Shown here piece by piece: positions 42,145-58,600 of a DNA stretch of 64,000 bases. The stretch lies in NCBI RefSeq assembly GCF_041886205.1, contig NZ_CP169029.1; one strand, written 5' to 3'. The notes under the pieces are model-generated. The model made no database searches and was not told the DNA's origin. It was given only the letters and a program-made list of their open reading frames with translations. Numbering within the stretch: position 1 is the first letter of the stretch; every line of letters begins with the position of its first letter. This DNA is from Escherichia coli (GTDB taxonomy: Bacteria > Pseudomonadota > Gammaproteobacteria > Enterobacterales > Enterobacteriaceae). Both the position numbers and the translations under genes were made by a program.

Positions 42145-42872
42145 GTAAGCTGATTGTCCCGCAGTGGCCGCTGCCAAAAGGTGTTGCGGCCTGTAGCTCT
42201 ACTCGTATCGGCGGCGTGAGCTTGCCCCCGTATGACTCGCTCAACCTCGGTGCCCATTGTGGCGATAACCCGGATCACGTTGAGGAGAATCGCAAGCGAC
42301 TTTTTGCTGCGGGCAATTTGCCTTCTAAACCGGTCTGGCTTGAGCAGGTACACGGCAAAGATGTGCTTAAGCTTACTGGCGAACCTTATGCCTCAAAACG
42401 AGCAGATGCCTCTTATAGCAATACGCCTGGCACGGTTTGCGCAGTGATGACTGCCGACTGCCTCCCTGTGCTGTTTTGCAATCGAGCGGGAACGGAAGTC
42501 GCCGCCGCTCATGCTGGCTGGCGTGGACTGTGCGCAGGCGTGCTGGAAGAGACGGTTTCCTGTTTTGCTGATAAACCTGAAAACATTCTCGCCTGGTTAG
42601 GGCCGGCAATTGGTCCACGCGCGTTCGAAGTGGGGGCGGAGGTTCGCGAGGCGTTTATGGCAGTAGACGCTAAAGCAAGTGCAGCTTTCATTCAGCATGG
42701 TGATAAGTATCTGGCGGATATTTATCAGCTTGCCCGGCAGCGTCTGGCGAACGTGGGTGTTGAGCAAATTTTCGGCGGCGACCGTTGTACATATACGGAA
42801 AATGAGACTTTCTTCTCTTATCGTCGCGACAAGACCACCGGTCGTATGGCAAGTTTCATTTGGCTGATATAA
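42141..42872 (+). CDS. yfiH: Purine nucleoside phosphorylase / laccase-domain protein YfiH (PgeF)
   Basis: 243 aa; 4-nt overlap with rluD stop. Confidence 0.9.
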   Translation: MSKLIVPQWPLPKGVAACSSTRIGGVSLPPYDSLNLGAHCGDNPDHVEENRKRLFAAGNLPSKPVWLEQVHGKDVLKLTGEPYASKRADASYSNTPGTVCAVMTADCLPVLFCNRAGTEVAAAHAGWRGLCAGVLEETVSCFADKPENILAWLGPAIGPRAFEVGAEVREAFMAVDAKASAAFIQHGDKYLADIYQLARQRLANVGVEQIFGGDRCTYTENETFFSYRRDKTTGRMASFIWLI

Positions 42873-43001
42873 CCTAAAGAATCAAGACGATCCGGTACGC
42901 GTGATTTTCTTTTCACATTAATCTGGTCAATAACCTTGAATAATTGAGGGATGACCTCATTTAATCTCCAGTAGCAACTTTGATCCGTTATGGGAGGAGT
43001 T

Positions 43002-45575
43002 ATGCGTCTGGATCGTCTTACTAATAAATTCCAGCTTGCTCTTGCCGATGCCCAATCACTTGCACTCGGGCACGACAACCAATTTATCGAACCACTTCAT
43101 TTAATGAGCGCCCTGCTGAATCAGGAAGGGGGTTCGGTTAGTCCTTTATTAACATCCGCTGGCATAAATGCTGGCCAGTTGCGCACAGATATCAATCAGG
43201 CATTAAATCGTTTACCGCAGGTTGAAGGTACTGGTGGTGATGTCCAGCCATCACAGGATCTGGTGCGCGTTCTTAATCTTTGCGACAAGCTGGCGCAAAA
43301 ACGTGGTGATAACTTTATCTCGTCAGAACTGTTCGTTCTGGCGGCACTTGAGTCTCGCGGCACGCTGGCCGACATCCTGAAAGCAGCAGGGGCGACCACC
43401 GCCAACATTACTCAAGCGATTGAACAAATGCGTGGAGGTGAAAGCGTGAACGATCAAGGTGCTGAAGACCAACGTCAGGCTTTGAAAAAATATACCATCG
43501 ACCTTACCGAACGAGCCGAACAGGGCAAACTCGATCCGGTGATTGGTCGTGATGAAGAAATTCGCCGTACCATTCAGGTGCTGCAACGTCGTACTAAAAA
43601 TAACCCGGTACTGATTGGTGAACCCGGCGTCGGTAAAACTGCCATCGTTGAAGGTCTGGCGCAGCGTATTATCAACGGCGAAGTGCCGGAAGGATTGAAA
43701 GGCCGCCGCGTGCTGGCGCTGGATATGGGCGCGCTGGTGGCTGGGGCGAAATATCGCGGTGAGTTTGAAGAACGTTTAAAAGGCGTGCTTAACGATCTTG
43801 CCAAACAGGAAGGCAACGTCATCCTGTTTATCGACGAATTACATACCATGGTCGGCGCGGGTAAAGCTGATGGCGCAATGGACGCCGGAAACATGCTGAA
43901 ACCGGCGCTGGCGCGTGGTGAATTGCACTGCGTAGGTGCCACGACGCTTGACGAATATCGCCAGTACATTGAAAAAGATGCTGCGCTGGAACGTCGTTTC
44001 CAGAAAGTGTTTGTTGCCGAGCCTTCTGTTGAAGATACCATTGCGATTCTGCGTGGCCTGAAAGAACGTTACGAATTGCACCACCATGTGCAAATTACTG
44101 ACCCGGCAATTGTTGCAGCGGCGACGTTGTCTCATCGCTACATTGCTGACCGTCAGCTGCCGGATAAAGCCATCGACCTGATCGATGAAGCAGCATCCAG
44201 CATTCGTATGCAGATTGACTCAAAACCAGAAGAACTCGACCGACTCGATCGTCGTATCATCCAGCTCAAACTGGAACAACAGGCGTTAATGAAAGAGTCT
44301 GATGAAGCCAGTAAAAAACGCCTGGATATGCTCAACGAAGAACTGAGCGACAAAGAACGTCAGTACTCCGAGTTAGAAGAAGAGTGGAAAGCAGAGAAAG
44401 CATCGCTTTCTGGTACGCAGACCATTAAAGCGGAACTGGAACAGGCGAAAATCGCTATTGAACAGGCTCGCCGTGTGGGGGACCTGGCGCGGATGTCTGA
44501 ACTGCAATACGGCAAAATCCCGGAACTGGAAAAGCAACTGGAAGCCGCAACGCAGCTCGAAGGCAAAACTATGCGTCTGTTGCGTAATAAAGTGACCGAT
44601 GCCGAAATTGCTGAAGTGCTGGCGCGTTGGACTGGGATTCCGGTTTCTCGCATGATGGAAAGCGAGCGCGAAAAACTGCTGCGTATGGAGCAAGAACTGC
44701 ACCATCGCGTTATTGGTCAGAACGAAGCGGTTGATGCGGTATCTAACGCTATTCGTCGTAGCCGTGCGGGGCTGGCGGATCCAAATCGCCCGATTGGTTC
44801 ATTCCTGTTCCTCGGCCCAACGGGTGTGGGGAAAACAGAGCTTTGTAAGGCGCTGGCGAACTTTATGTTTGATAGCGACGAGGCGATGGTCCGTATCGAT
44901 ATGTCCGAGTTTATGGAGAAACACTCGGTGTCTCGTTTGGTTGGTGCGCCTCCGGGATATGTCGGTTATGAAGAAGGTGGCTACCTGACCGAAGCGGTGC
45001 GTCGTCGTCCGTATTCCGTCATCCTGCTGGATGAAGTGGAAAAAGCGCATCCGGATGTCTTCAACATTCTGTTGCAGGTACTGGATGATGGGCGTCTGAC
45101 TGACGGGCAGGGGAGAACGGTCGACTTCCGTAATACGGTTGTCATTATGACCTCTAACCTCGGTTCCGATTTGATTCAGGAACGCTTCGGTGAACTGGAT
45201 TATGCGCACATGAAAGAGCTGGTGCTCGGTGTGGTAAGCCATAACTTCCGTCCGGAATTCATTAACCGTATCGATGAAGTGGTGGTTTTCCATCCGCTGG
45301 GTGAACAGCACATTGCGTCGATTGCGCAGATTCAGTTGAAACGTCTGTACAAACGTCTGGAAGAACGTGGTTATGAAATCCACATTTCTGACGAGGCGCT
45401 GAAACTGCTGAGCGAGAACGGTTACGATCCGGTCTATGGTGCACGTCCTCTGAAACGTGCAATTCAGCAGCAGATCGAAAACCCGCTGGCACAGCAAATA
45501 CTGTCTGGTGAATTGGTTCCGGGTAAAGTGATTCGCCTGGAAGTTAATGAAGACCGGATTGTCGCCGTCCAGTAA
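43002..45575 (+). CDS. clpB: Chaperone/disaggregase ClpB
   Basis: [35 protein letters not shown]; two AAA+ modules ([17 protein letters not shown]); ORF opens at 42990. Confidence 0.95.
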
Positions 45576-45584
45576 ATGATAAAA

Positions 45585-45607
45585 CGAGCCCTTCGGGGCT
45601 CGTTTTT
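45585..45607 (+). terminator. clpB terminator
   Basis: CGAGCCC-ttcg-GGGCTCG hairpin followed by TTTTTG. Confidence 0.6.
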
Positions 45608-45690
45608 GTCTATAAGTTAGACGGGAAAGACTATATTTAAGATGTTTTGCCTGAAAAGTGAGCGAACGATAAAGTTTTTATATTTTTCGC

Positions 45691-45718
45691 TTGTCAGGCC
45701 GGAATAACTCCCTATAAT
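45691..45718 (+). promoter_or_regulatory. rRNA operon promoter P1
   Basis: TTGTCA -35 and TATAAT -10 with 16-bp spacer, AT-rich UP region upstream. Confidence 0.6.
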
Positions 45719-45809
45719 GCGCCACCACTGACACGGAACAACGGCAAACACGCCGCCGGGTCAGCGGGGTTCTCCTGAGAATTCCGGCAGAGAAAGCAAA
45801 AATAAATGC

Positions 45810-45837
45810 TTGACTCTGTAGCGGGAAAGCGTATTAT
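45810..45837 (+). promoter_or_regulatory. rRNA operon promoter P2
   Basis: TTGACT -35 and TATTAT -10 with 16-bp spacer; boxA-like GCTCTTTAACAA follows. Confidence 0.55.
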
Positions 45838-46018
45838 GCACACCCCGCGCCGCTGAGAAAAAGCGAAGCGGCACTGCTCTTTAACAATTTATCAGACAAT
45901 CTGTGTGGGCACTCGAAGATACGGATTCTTAACGTCGCAAGACGAAAAATGAATACCAAGTCTCAAGAGTGAACACGTAATTCATTACGAAGTTTAATTC
46001 TTTGAGCATCAAACTTTT

Positions 46019-47561
<1,543 letters not shown>

Positions 47562-47645
47562 CTTAAAGAAGCGTACTTTGCAGTGCTCACACAGATTGTC
47601 TGATAGAAAGTGAAAAGCAAGGCGTCTTGCGAAGCAGACTGATAC

Positions 47646-47721
47646 GTCCCCTTCGTCTAGAGGCCCAGGACACCGCCCTTTCACGGCGGTAACAGGGGTT
47701 CGAATCCCCTAGGGGACGCCA
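47646..47721 (+). tRNA. gltW: tRNA-Glu(UUC) in 16S-23S spacer
   Basis: GTCCCCTTCGTCTAGAGGCCCAGGACACCGCCCTTTCACGGCGGTAACAGGGGTTCGAATCCCCTAGGGGACGCCA. Confidence 0.95.
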
Positions 47722-47914
47722 CTTGCTGGTTTGTGAGTGAAAGTCACCTGCCTTAATATCTCAAAACTCATCTTCGGGTGATGTTTGAGATATTTGCTCT
47801 TTAAAAATCTGGATCAAGCTGAAAATTGAAACACTGAACAACGAAAGTTGTTCGTGAGTCTCTCAAATTTTCGCAACACGATGATGAATCGCAAGAAACA
47901 TCTTCGGGTTGTGA

Positions 47915-50818
<2,904 letters not shown>

Positions 50819-50911
50819 ACAACGCCGAAGATGTTTTGGCGGATTGAGAGAAGATTTTCAGCCTGATACAGATTAAATCAGAACGCAGAAGCGGTCTGAT
50901 AAAACAGAATT

Positions 50912-51031
50912 TGCCTGGCGGCCTTAGCGCGGTGGTCCCACCTGACCCCATGCCGAACTCAGAAGTGAAACGCCGTAGCGCCGATGGTAGTGTGGGGTCT
51001 CCCCATGCGAGAGTAGGGAACTGCCAGGCAT
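50912..51031 (+). rRNA. rrfG: 5S ribosomal RNA
   Basis: TGCCTGGCGGCCTTAGCGCGGTGGTCCCACCTGACCCCATGCCGAACTCAG ... GGAACTGCCAGGCAT; 120 nt. Confidence 0.95.
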
Positions 51032-51043
51032 CAAATCATGCGA

Positions 51044-51069
51044 AAGGCCATCCGTCAGGATGGCCTTTT
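51044..51069 (+). terminator. rRNA operon terminator T1
   Basis: AAAGGCCATCC-gtca-GGATGGCCTTT hairpin followed by T-run. Confidence 0.6.
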
Positions 51070-51382
51070 TGCGCTGGCGGCAGAAACAATGCCGGATGCG
51101 ACGCCAGCGCGTCTTATCCAGCCTGCGCGAGGACATAAATGATGTAATTTCAGCAAGTTATCTCGACATCCTCTACCTGCAAGTCAAAGTGCTTATTCAC
51201 GATCAATCCCAACCACATCGATTTTCTATATAACCAGAATCCCCCAAAATCATTCTCCTGCTAACGAATTCACATTTGTGGTTGTATAATTATATGCAAC
51301 AATTACATAACATTTAATTCACCAAAAAACAAACAAAGCAATCGACAGAAAACATCAGGTTTATGGCAGGAGTAATATTCAC

Positions 51383-52681
51383 ATGACAGAAAGCACTGTA
51401 ACGACAGGCGATGAACTGACGTCCAAAGAGACCCGCCGTCGCATATGGGCAATTGTAGGGGCATCATCCGGCAATCTGGTAGAGTGGTTTGATTTCTATG
51501 TCTACTCGTTCTGCTCCCTCTACTTTGCTCACATATTTTTCCCTTCAGGTAACACTACTACGCAACTATTACAAACAGCTGGCGTTTTTGCTGCGGGCTT
51601 TCTAATGCGCCCTATAGGCGGCTGGCTATTTGGCCGCATAGCCGATAAACATGGTCGCAAAAAATCGATGCTTTTATCGGTGTGTATGATGTGTTTCGGC
51701 TCACTGATTATCGCCTGTTTGCCAGGCTACGAAACAATCGGTACCTGGGCCCCGGCATTATTGCTTCTTGCTCGTTTATTCCAGGGATTATCCGTTGGCG
51801 GAGAATATGGCACCAGCGCCACCTATATGAGTGAAGTCGCTGTCGAAGGGCGCAAAGGATTCTATGCCTCGTTCCAGTATGTCACGTTAATTGGTGGGCA
51901 ACTGCTGGCGTTACTGGTTGTGGTTGTTCTGCAACAGACGCTTGATGACACCACGTTGAGACAGTGGGGCTGGCGCATACCTTTTGTGATCGGTGCCGTG
52001 TTGGCAATTGTGGCTTTGTGGTTACGTCGCCAGTTAGATGAAACTTCGCAACATGAAACGCGAGCGTTAAAAGAAGCGGGCTCAATGAAAGGGCTATGGC
52101 GCAATCGCCGTGCATTCATGATGGTGCTAGGCTTTACTGCTGCGGGCTCGCTCTGCTTTTACACCTTCACCACCTATATGCAAAAGTATCTGGTCAACAC
52201 CGCTGGTATGCATGCCAACATGGCGAGTGGCATTATGACTGCTGCATTGTTTGTATTCATGCTTATTCAACCACTCATTGGTGCACTGTCGGATAAAATT
52301 GGCCGCCGGACATCAATGTTATGCTTCGGTTCGCTGGCTGCTATTTTTACCGTCCCGATCCTGTCGGCATTGCAGAATGTCACCTCACCTTATGCAGCCT
52401 TTGGGCTGGTGATGTGCGCATTGCTGATTGTCAGTTTTTATACCTCTATCAGTGGCATCCTTAAAGCAGAAATGTTTCCGGCACAGGTTCGCGCCCTGGG
52501 CGTCGGCCTTTCTTATGCAGTTGCTAACGCCTTATTTGGCGGCTCTGCGGAGTATGTGGCGCTGTCGCTGAAATCGGTAGGGATGGAAACAGCATTCTTC
52601 TGGTATGTGACCTTGATGGCCGTGGTGGCGTTTCTGGTTTCTTTGATGCTACATCGCAAAGGGAAGGGGATGCGTCTTTAG
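51383..52681 (+). CDS. kgtP: Alpha-ketoglutarate permease (MFS)
   Basis: 432 aa, 12 predicted TM segments, MFS signature [13 protein letters not shown]. Confidence 0.9.
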
Positions 52682-53022
52682 TGACGGGTCAGTTGCCAGA
52701 CGGTATAGCCGGTGCTTGCACCGGCGACATCCCAGGCCAAATCCTTCCAGCTCCAGCCGCTCCCTTCGGGGCGGCTATCCCAAAGCTCTTTTGACGCCCC
52801 CAAACTGACAGAGAACATCAATCCAAACATGGCACTGCGATCCCGGCTCATCCCCTGATGCTGTGAATATTCATTTCCGGCGGCGGAAAGCATCGCCGAG
52901 GCGATAAAGTGTTGAGCTTTATCCTGCCCGCTCCAGCTATCGTTAGCCATATGGCTGCATCCAGAAAGTAACAATAGCGAACAGACAAAAAGAATACGCA
53001 AAACGTGGCCTCCAAAAAACAA
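52678..53022 (-). CDS. yfiM: Lipoprotein YfiM (start uncertain within ORF)
   Basis: Lipobox LLSGCS; overlaps kgtP stop by 4 nt. Confidence 0.7.
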
Positions 53023-53046
53023 ACCCCGTACAGGACGGGGTTGTGA

Positions 53047-54405
53047 TTACAGGATGCGGCTAATTAATCGGTCGATGCGGATACGGCGCAAACGGCGGAT
53101 GAGTTTACGAACCTTCACCGGATAATCGGCAATACTTTGCAGATCGCGATAGTGCTTAACGATGGTGGTATGCTCGCGGATCAGCTCCAGTTCTTTCTCT
53201 CGCTGCGGCGCAAGCTCCAGTTGTGGATCGTGGATCAAAATGGCGTTTTCCAGATCCAGACGCCAGGCGCGCGGGTTCAGGTTATTACCGGTGATCAACA
53301 TCCACTTATCATCAACCCACATCCCTTTTAGGTGATAGGTGTTGTCGTCATCTTTCCATAACCGAACCACTAGCTGGTCAGTATTGACGTAATACTGCAA
53401 ACGGCTCAGGAAACGACGCAGATTGATCTCATAGAGATAAGGCAATGCGCCAATTATCTTGAAAGGTTCATCTTCCGGAATGTAGAAGTCATTCGCGGTT
53501 TTATCACCAACAATAATTTCGACCTTTTTCCCTTCGCGCAGCAACTGGATAATATTGCGCACAAGGATTGCAGGCAGGTTGAAGTATGGCGTACAGATGG
53601 TTAGTTTCTGCTCGGCACAAGGCATAAGATGGAAAATGGTTTTGTTCAACAGACTCGATTTCCCCAGCCCCACTAGCGGCGTTACGGAAAGCTGATCGTT
53701 GTCGGCATCGCCCTGGAAATGATAAGCGGCATCACGCAGCTCCTGGCGGAACAGACGAATATCGTTCTTGATTTCCGGGCTTTTTGGCCGATTAACATCA
53801 TCCAGACGATTAACGCCGCGACCATTCATAATATTCTGTGTAACCCATTCAAACATAATGTCTGACATCTTACGGTTACGGATCAGATGATAACGGTCGT
53901 AGCGATATTTATCGTGCTGATGCAGGTAAACATCGTTCAGGCTGGCACCGCTATAAAGTACGCTATCGTCGATGATAAAGCCTTTAAAGTGCAGAACACC
54001 AAGAGCTTCACGGGTATTGATTGGAACGCCATAAACCGGAACATCTACGCCCGGATTTTCCTGCGCCATGCGGCAGTACCAGTCAGCGTTAGTGTTAGAT
54101 GCCGCAGCGCCAATGCGTCCACGTTGTGCACGATGCCAGTCGACCAGCACCCGCACATCCAGTTCCGGACGCTGCCTTTTAGCCTCATACAACGCGTTCA
54201 GAATGCCTTTGCCACCGTCATCCTGTTCGAGATACAGGGCGACAATGCAAATGCGCTGCTTCGCGCTGGCTATTTTTTCCAGCAGCGTCTCCCGGAAGTC
54301 GGCGGGAGCGTAAAAGAAATCGACATCATCAACTGATTGAGAAATCTTGGGTAGTTGGGCAAGGTGTTGTTGATGTTTATTACGCTTAAATTTTGACAAC
54401 ATCAC
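53047..54405 (-). CDS. pssA: CDP-diacylglycerol-serine O-phosphatidyltransferase (phosphatidylserine synthase)
   Basis: 452 aa, two phospholipase-D-like HKD halves (HFKGFIIDD; HLKGMWVDD). Confidence 0.95.
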   Translation of the reverse strand: MMLSKFKRNKHQQHLAQLPKISQSVDDVDFFYAPADFRETLLEKIASAKQRICIVALYLEQDDGGKGILNALYEAKRQRPELDVRVLVDWHRAQRGRIGAAASNTNADWYCRMAQENPGVDVPVYGVPINTREALGVLHFKGFIIDDSVLYSGASLNDVYLHQHDKYRYDRYHLIRNRKMSDIMFEWVTQNIMNGRGVNRLDDVNRPKSPEIKNDIRLFRQELRDAAYHFQGDADNDQLSVTPLVGLGKSSLLNKTIFHLMPCAEQKLTICTPYFNLPAILVRNIIQLLREGKKVEIIVGDKTANDFYIPEDEPFKIIGALPYLYEINLRRFLSRLQYYVNTDQLVVRLWKDDDNTYHLKGMWVDDKWMLITGNNLNPRAWRLDLENAILIHDPQLELAPQREKELELIREHTTIVKHYRDLQSIADYPVKVRKLIRRLRRIRIDRLISRIL

Positions 54406-54515
54406 AGTGCATTTCTTCTCTGTTCATTGAAGGGTCCTCTGTGCAATGCAGACGACATAAGCGGGCAATAATAACACCAGTCCCGATTAAGTGGTCAACA
54501 TTTCCAGTACCTTAC

Positions 54516-57176
54516 TCATGATTCCTCGCGCTGGGCAAGATTTAGCGTAAGCCCAACGATCCCCTCTTCGAGCTGGATATCAACGTTAAACCCGAGCTTG
54601 CGGGCCAGCGCCACCATGCCACGATTGTTTGGCATCGTAATACCATTCAGACGTTGTAGTCCGTGATCTCGCGTATAGGTAATCAACTTTTCCATTAAGC
54701 GTCGACCTAAGCCTAACCCTTTGAGATCCGAGCGAACCAGCACGGCAAATTCGGCATCGATGTTATCAGGATCGGAAATCGCACGCGTGACGCCGAGGAT
54801 CTCTTCCGTTTGATCAATACGTCGTACCGCTACAAACGCCATTTCCCGATCGTAGTCGATCTGTGTCATGTTGGCTAAATCTTCATGGGTAAATTCGTTG
54901 ATCTCGCTAAAGTAGCGGTAATAAAGATCTTCTTTGGTGACTCGCGAAATGAATTGCTGAAGTTGTGGCTCATCTTCTGGCAAAATCGGGCGGAACAAGC
55001 AGCGTTCACCGTTTTTCAATTCTACCCATTCTTCCAGCTGATGCGGATAAGGGCGCACTGCCAGCCGACTCTCGTTATCGCCTTCAAACGGCGAGATATC
55101 CAGCGTGACATCCAGCGCGGTAAATTCACTGCCAGAAGCCAGCAAAGGATGAATATCCAGACGCTGAATTTCCGGGCAATCGACAATCAAGTTGGAAACC
55201 TGCACCAGAAGCTGGCTCAAGCCTGCAACATCCAATGGGCGTAGCGCACTGCGCGCACGAATCTTTTTACTTTTGATCCCCTGAATAACCAGATAGCGGG
55301 CCAGGTTCATATTCAGCGGCGGCAGTGCGACGACGGCTTGATCTTCAGGACGCCACTCCACACCGCCTTCACCCAGCATGATCAACGGCCCGAAAACCGG
55401 ATCGTGCTCAACCACAACCCGCAACTCCTGAGCGCCAGCACGGTTAGCCATACTTTGCACCAACAGGCCGTGGACCCGCGCCTGTGGCCAGGCCATTTTT
55501 ACGCGATCGAAAATAGCGTTCGCCGCTTGCTGGACTTCATTGGCTGTACGCAGGTAAAGCATGACGCCCTGAACTTCCGATTTATGTGGAATATCCGGCG
55601 AACGCAATTTCAGCGCCACCGGATAACCAATCTGTTCGGCAATATGCACCGCTTCGGTGCTATCGCTGGCAATCCAGGTAGGGAGCGTGTTCATGCCATA
55701 CGCTTGCAGGATGGGCTGAACTTCATGGGTATCGAGCGACGTAGCCCCTTCGGCAATCGCCTGTTGCAACAGAAGATGCGCTTCTGCGGTATTGGAAGTC
55801 AGATTGCTGGGCAACGCCGGCGTTTCGCGTAGTTGCTTCTGATTACGCCGGTACTCCACCATATGCATAAAAGCAGTGATGGTTCCTTCCGGGGTACGGT
55901 AGGTCGGCAGCCCGGCTTCGCTGAATAAACGTCGTGCCTCTTGCGAGGAGTGCTCGCCGCACCAGTTCGTCAGCAAAGAGACATATTTGCTGCGGGGATG
56001 ATGCTTTACCGCTTCAATTAATACTTGCGCGCTTTCTGTTGCGGGAGCAGCGGCGCTGGGCGAATGAATAACCATCAGCGCATCAAAATCCTGGCTGTGG
56101 AGCAGAATGTCCAGCGTTTTGACATAATGCTCGCTGCTGGCGTCATCGCGCAGATCGAGCGGGTTAGAGACTGCCACATGTTCTGGCAATGCATCGCGCA
56201 ATTTCTGGCAGGTTTCTTCGCTTAGCGTTGCCAGCTTGCCATTGCGTGACCATAAGGCATCCAGCGCCAGCGCGGCAGGCGCAGCACCGTTGCTGATAAT
56301 CATCAGCCGGTCGCCACGTAGCGGGCGCATATGGCTAAGGGTTTCCACCGCCGAAAACAGCTCGTGGGTGTCCTGTACCCGCAACAAACCGGCACGCTGA
56401 ATAGCCGCATCCCATGCCGGGTCCATTCCTGCCGTGGTGTTGAGCAGTCGCTGTGCCGCCGGGCTACGTCCGCTTTTAATCACCAGTATCGGTTTATTAC
56501 GCGAGGCACTACGGGCCGCCGAAACAAAGCGTCGCGCGTCGCTTAACTGTTCGAGATAGAGCAGGATGGCGCTGGTTTTACTGTCGCGTGCCAGATAGTC
56601 AAGCAATTCATCAACGTCGATATCCAGGCTGTCGCCGAGCGCAATAAAGTAGGAAAAGCCCATCTTACGCTGTTGCGCCCAGTCGAGGATGGTGTTGGAG
56701 ACGGCAGCCGATTGCGAAATAAACGCCAGCTTGCCGCGTTTAATCGGCACAGGCGAAAAGCTGGCATTCAGACCTTGCCAGGGAGCCAGTAAACCCAGAC
56801 TGTTTGGTCCAAGCAGGCGCATGTTATGGCGCAGGGCGCAGACGCGTAGCTCTTCGTGTTGTGATGCCGGTGCAGAAAGAATAATGCAGGTTTTACAGCC
56901 TTTCTCGCCGAGCTCTTCCAGAAGAGCAAGATTACGGCTGGCATTGGTACATAAAACCGCAAGGTCGGGTGTAAAGGGCAAGCTGGCAATATCCGGCCAG
57001 GCCAACACACCCAACACCTCTTTCCAGGCTGGCGTCACCGGGAGTACCGGTCCGTTAAAGCCTCCCGCCAGCAGGTTACGCATCATCAGGTAACCTGCGC
57101 GATTGGGTTTCATCGACGCGCCAATTACCGCTATCGATTTTGGTCGCAGTAGTGCTTCCAGTCCTCGCTGACTCAT
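54516..57176 (-). CDS. pat: Protein lysine acetyltransferase Pat/PatZ (YfiQ): ADP-forming acyl-CoA synthetase-like domain plus C-terminal GNAT
   Basis: 886 aa; CoA-binding/succinyl-CoA synthetase-like N-terminal region, GNAT motif (KGLGLGRRLMEKL) at C-terminus. Confidence 0.9.
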   Translation of the reverse strand: MSQRGLEALLRPKSIAVIGASMKPNRAGYLMMRNLLAGGFNGPVLPVTPAWKEVLGVLAWPDIASLPFTPDLAVLCTNASRNLALLEELGEKGCKTCIILSAPASQHEELRVCALRHNMRLLGPNSLGLLAPWQGLNASFSPVPIKRGKLAFISQSAAVSNTILDWAQQRKMGFSYFIALGDSLDIDVDELLDYLARDSKTSAILLYLEQLSDARRFVSAARSASRNKPILVIKSGRSPAAQRLLNTTAGMDPAWDAAIQRAGLLRVQDTHELFSAVETLSHMRPLRGDRLMIISNGAAPAALALDALWSRNGKLATLSEETCQKLRDALPEHVAVSNPLDLRDDASSEHYVKTLDILLHSQDFDALMVIHSPSAAAPATESAQVLIEAVKHHPRSKYVSLLTNWCGEHSSQEARRLFSEAGLPTYRTPEGTITAFMHMVEYRRNQKQLRETPALPSNLTSNTAEAHLLLQQAIAEGATSLDTHEVQPILQAYGMNTLPTWIASDSTEAVHIAEQIGYPVALKLRSPDIPHKSEVQGVMLYLRTANEVQQAANAIFDRVKMAWPQARVHGLLVQSMANRAGAQELRVVVEHDPVFGPLIMLGEGGVEWRPEDQAVVALPPLNMNLARYLVIQGIKSKKIRARSALRPLDVAGLSQLLVQVSNLIVDCPEIQRLDIHPLLASGSEFTALDVTLDISPFEGDNESRLAVRPYPHQLEEWVELKNGERCLFRPILPEDEPQLQQFISRVTKEDLYYRYFSEINEFTHEDLANMTQIDYDREMAFVAVRRIDQTEEILGVTRAISDPDNIDAEFAVLVRSDLKGLGLGRRLMEKLITYTRDHGLQRLNGITMPNNRGMVALARKLGFNVDIQLEEGIVGLTLNLAQREES

Positions 57177-57207
57177 ACCGGTCTCCCGCAGAAGTGACCG
57201 AATGATT

Positions 57208-57906
57208 TTAAACGCTTTCTAACTGTTCTGCTGTGATGCTACCCAGATGTTGCGTTTTTCCTGCCAGATAGCGTGTTTTAAAGCGGGTAAAATGCTCGCC
57301 TAACCCTGCTGCCGCCCCGGTATCGCCGGCCATATCTAACAGTGCGATGGCTACCTCGGCAGTACAATATTGGCCTTCAGCCTGGGCTTCACGCAGGCGA
57401 TAGGCAGAAAGCCGGGAAAGATCGACGGAAATGACGGGAAGATTATCCAGATACGGACTTTTACGAAACATCTTGCGAGCTTCCGGCCAGGTACCATCGA
57501 GCATGATAAACAGCGGTGGCTTACCGGCAGGTGGTGTGAAGATCACTTCCCGTTGCTCATCAGCATACGAGGCGGGAAAGACCACCATTGGCTGATAGTC
57601 CGGGTTTTGTACCAGATCCAGCAAATCTTGCGAGGGTTCGGTACGCGACCATTGAAACGCAACGGTATCAGGCAAAATATCAGCAATCAGACGCCCGGTA
57701 TTACTGGGCTTCATTGGCTCGGTGTCGAACATCAGCAAACAGAAGCGACTTTTTGCTTGCGCTGGGGTAATTGTCGAACAGAGACATAATTTCTCTGGTA
57801 AAAGGCAGCGTTGGCAGCGACGAACGCGATTACCGCGGGCAAGAAAAGGACGTGTTGCGCGCGCAATACGCTCGGCGCGTAACTGGAGAACAGCGTTTTC
57901 GGTCAT
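57208..57906 (-). CDS. yfiP: DTW-domain tRNA-uridine aminocarboxypropyltransferase (YfiP/TapT)
   Basis: CQRCLLPEKLCLC zinc motif and LDGTW motif; start chosen at MTENAVLQL, ORF opens at 57957. Confidence 0.8.
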   Translation of the reverse strand: MTENAVLQLRAERIARATRPFLARGNRVRRCQRCLLPEKLCLCSTITPAQAKSRFCLLMFDTEPMKPSNTGRLIADILPDTVAFQWSRTEPSQDLLDLVQNPDYQPMVVFPASYADEQREVIFTPPAGKPPLFIMLDGTWPEARKMFRKSPYLDNLPVISVDLSRLSAYRLREAQAEGQYCTAEVAIALLDMAGDTGAAAGLGEHFTRFKTRYLAGKTQHLGSITAEQLESV

Positions 57907-57974
57907 AAGAGAGCGTCGAAAAAACGCCATTGTCGCAGAGGAGAAAACGGGGCACAAGATGCGCCCCGGTAAGA

Positions 57975-58394
57975 TTAAAGAGATTCGTTCAGCCAGCTAT
58001 CAAACGGCGCTTTCGGTACTGCGCCATTAAGCATGTCGACAACCTGACCGTTTTTGAAAATCATGATCGTCGGTATACTACGAATTCCAAAGCGGCTGCT
58101 TAATTCACGTTCAGCTTCGGTATTCACTTTCACAAAGCGCACTTTACCGCTACGCTCTTGCGCGACATCTTCAAAAATTGGTGCGAAATTACGGCAGGGG
58201 CCGCACCACGGTGCCCAGAAGTCGATCACCACAGGTAGATCATCTTTCAGCAATTTGTCGAGCGTTTCACCGGTCGCATTAATCACCTCTCCGTCAAACA
58301 AGTCGTGACCGCAGCGTCCGCATTTTGCCGCATCTTCGATCCGATCGTCGGGAATGCGATTGATGGCCTGACAATGGGTACAAACGGTATTCAT
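57975..58394 (-). CDS. trxC: Thioredoxin 2
   Basis: 139 aa, N-terminal zinc-finger CxxC pairs (CTHCQ, CGRCG), WCGPC active site. Confidence 0.95.
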
Positions 58395-58600
58395 AACTAA
58401 CCTCGGGATGAGTAAGGAGACTTATCGGCAACGACGCCGGTATGTTTCTAATATGTTACATATTATCGGGGACATTGTTCCAGACAACAATCTGTTTTAT
58501 TCAATAGGTATGATAGTCGCAGGCTTTGGTACGAAATCATGGCGAACCGCGCGGACTTCGGGTAATCTGCGCGCTTCGCGCAGCGCTGGTGGAGAAAAGC

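Noticed and set aside
44799-45497. 232-aa minus-strand ORF inside clpB
   Set aside because: Antisense shadow of clpB without start context.
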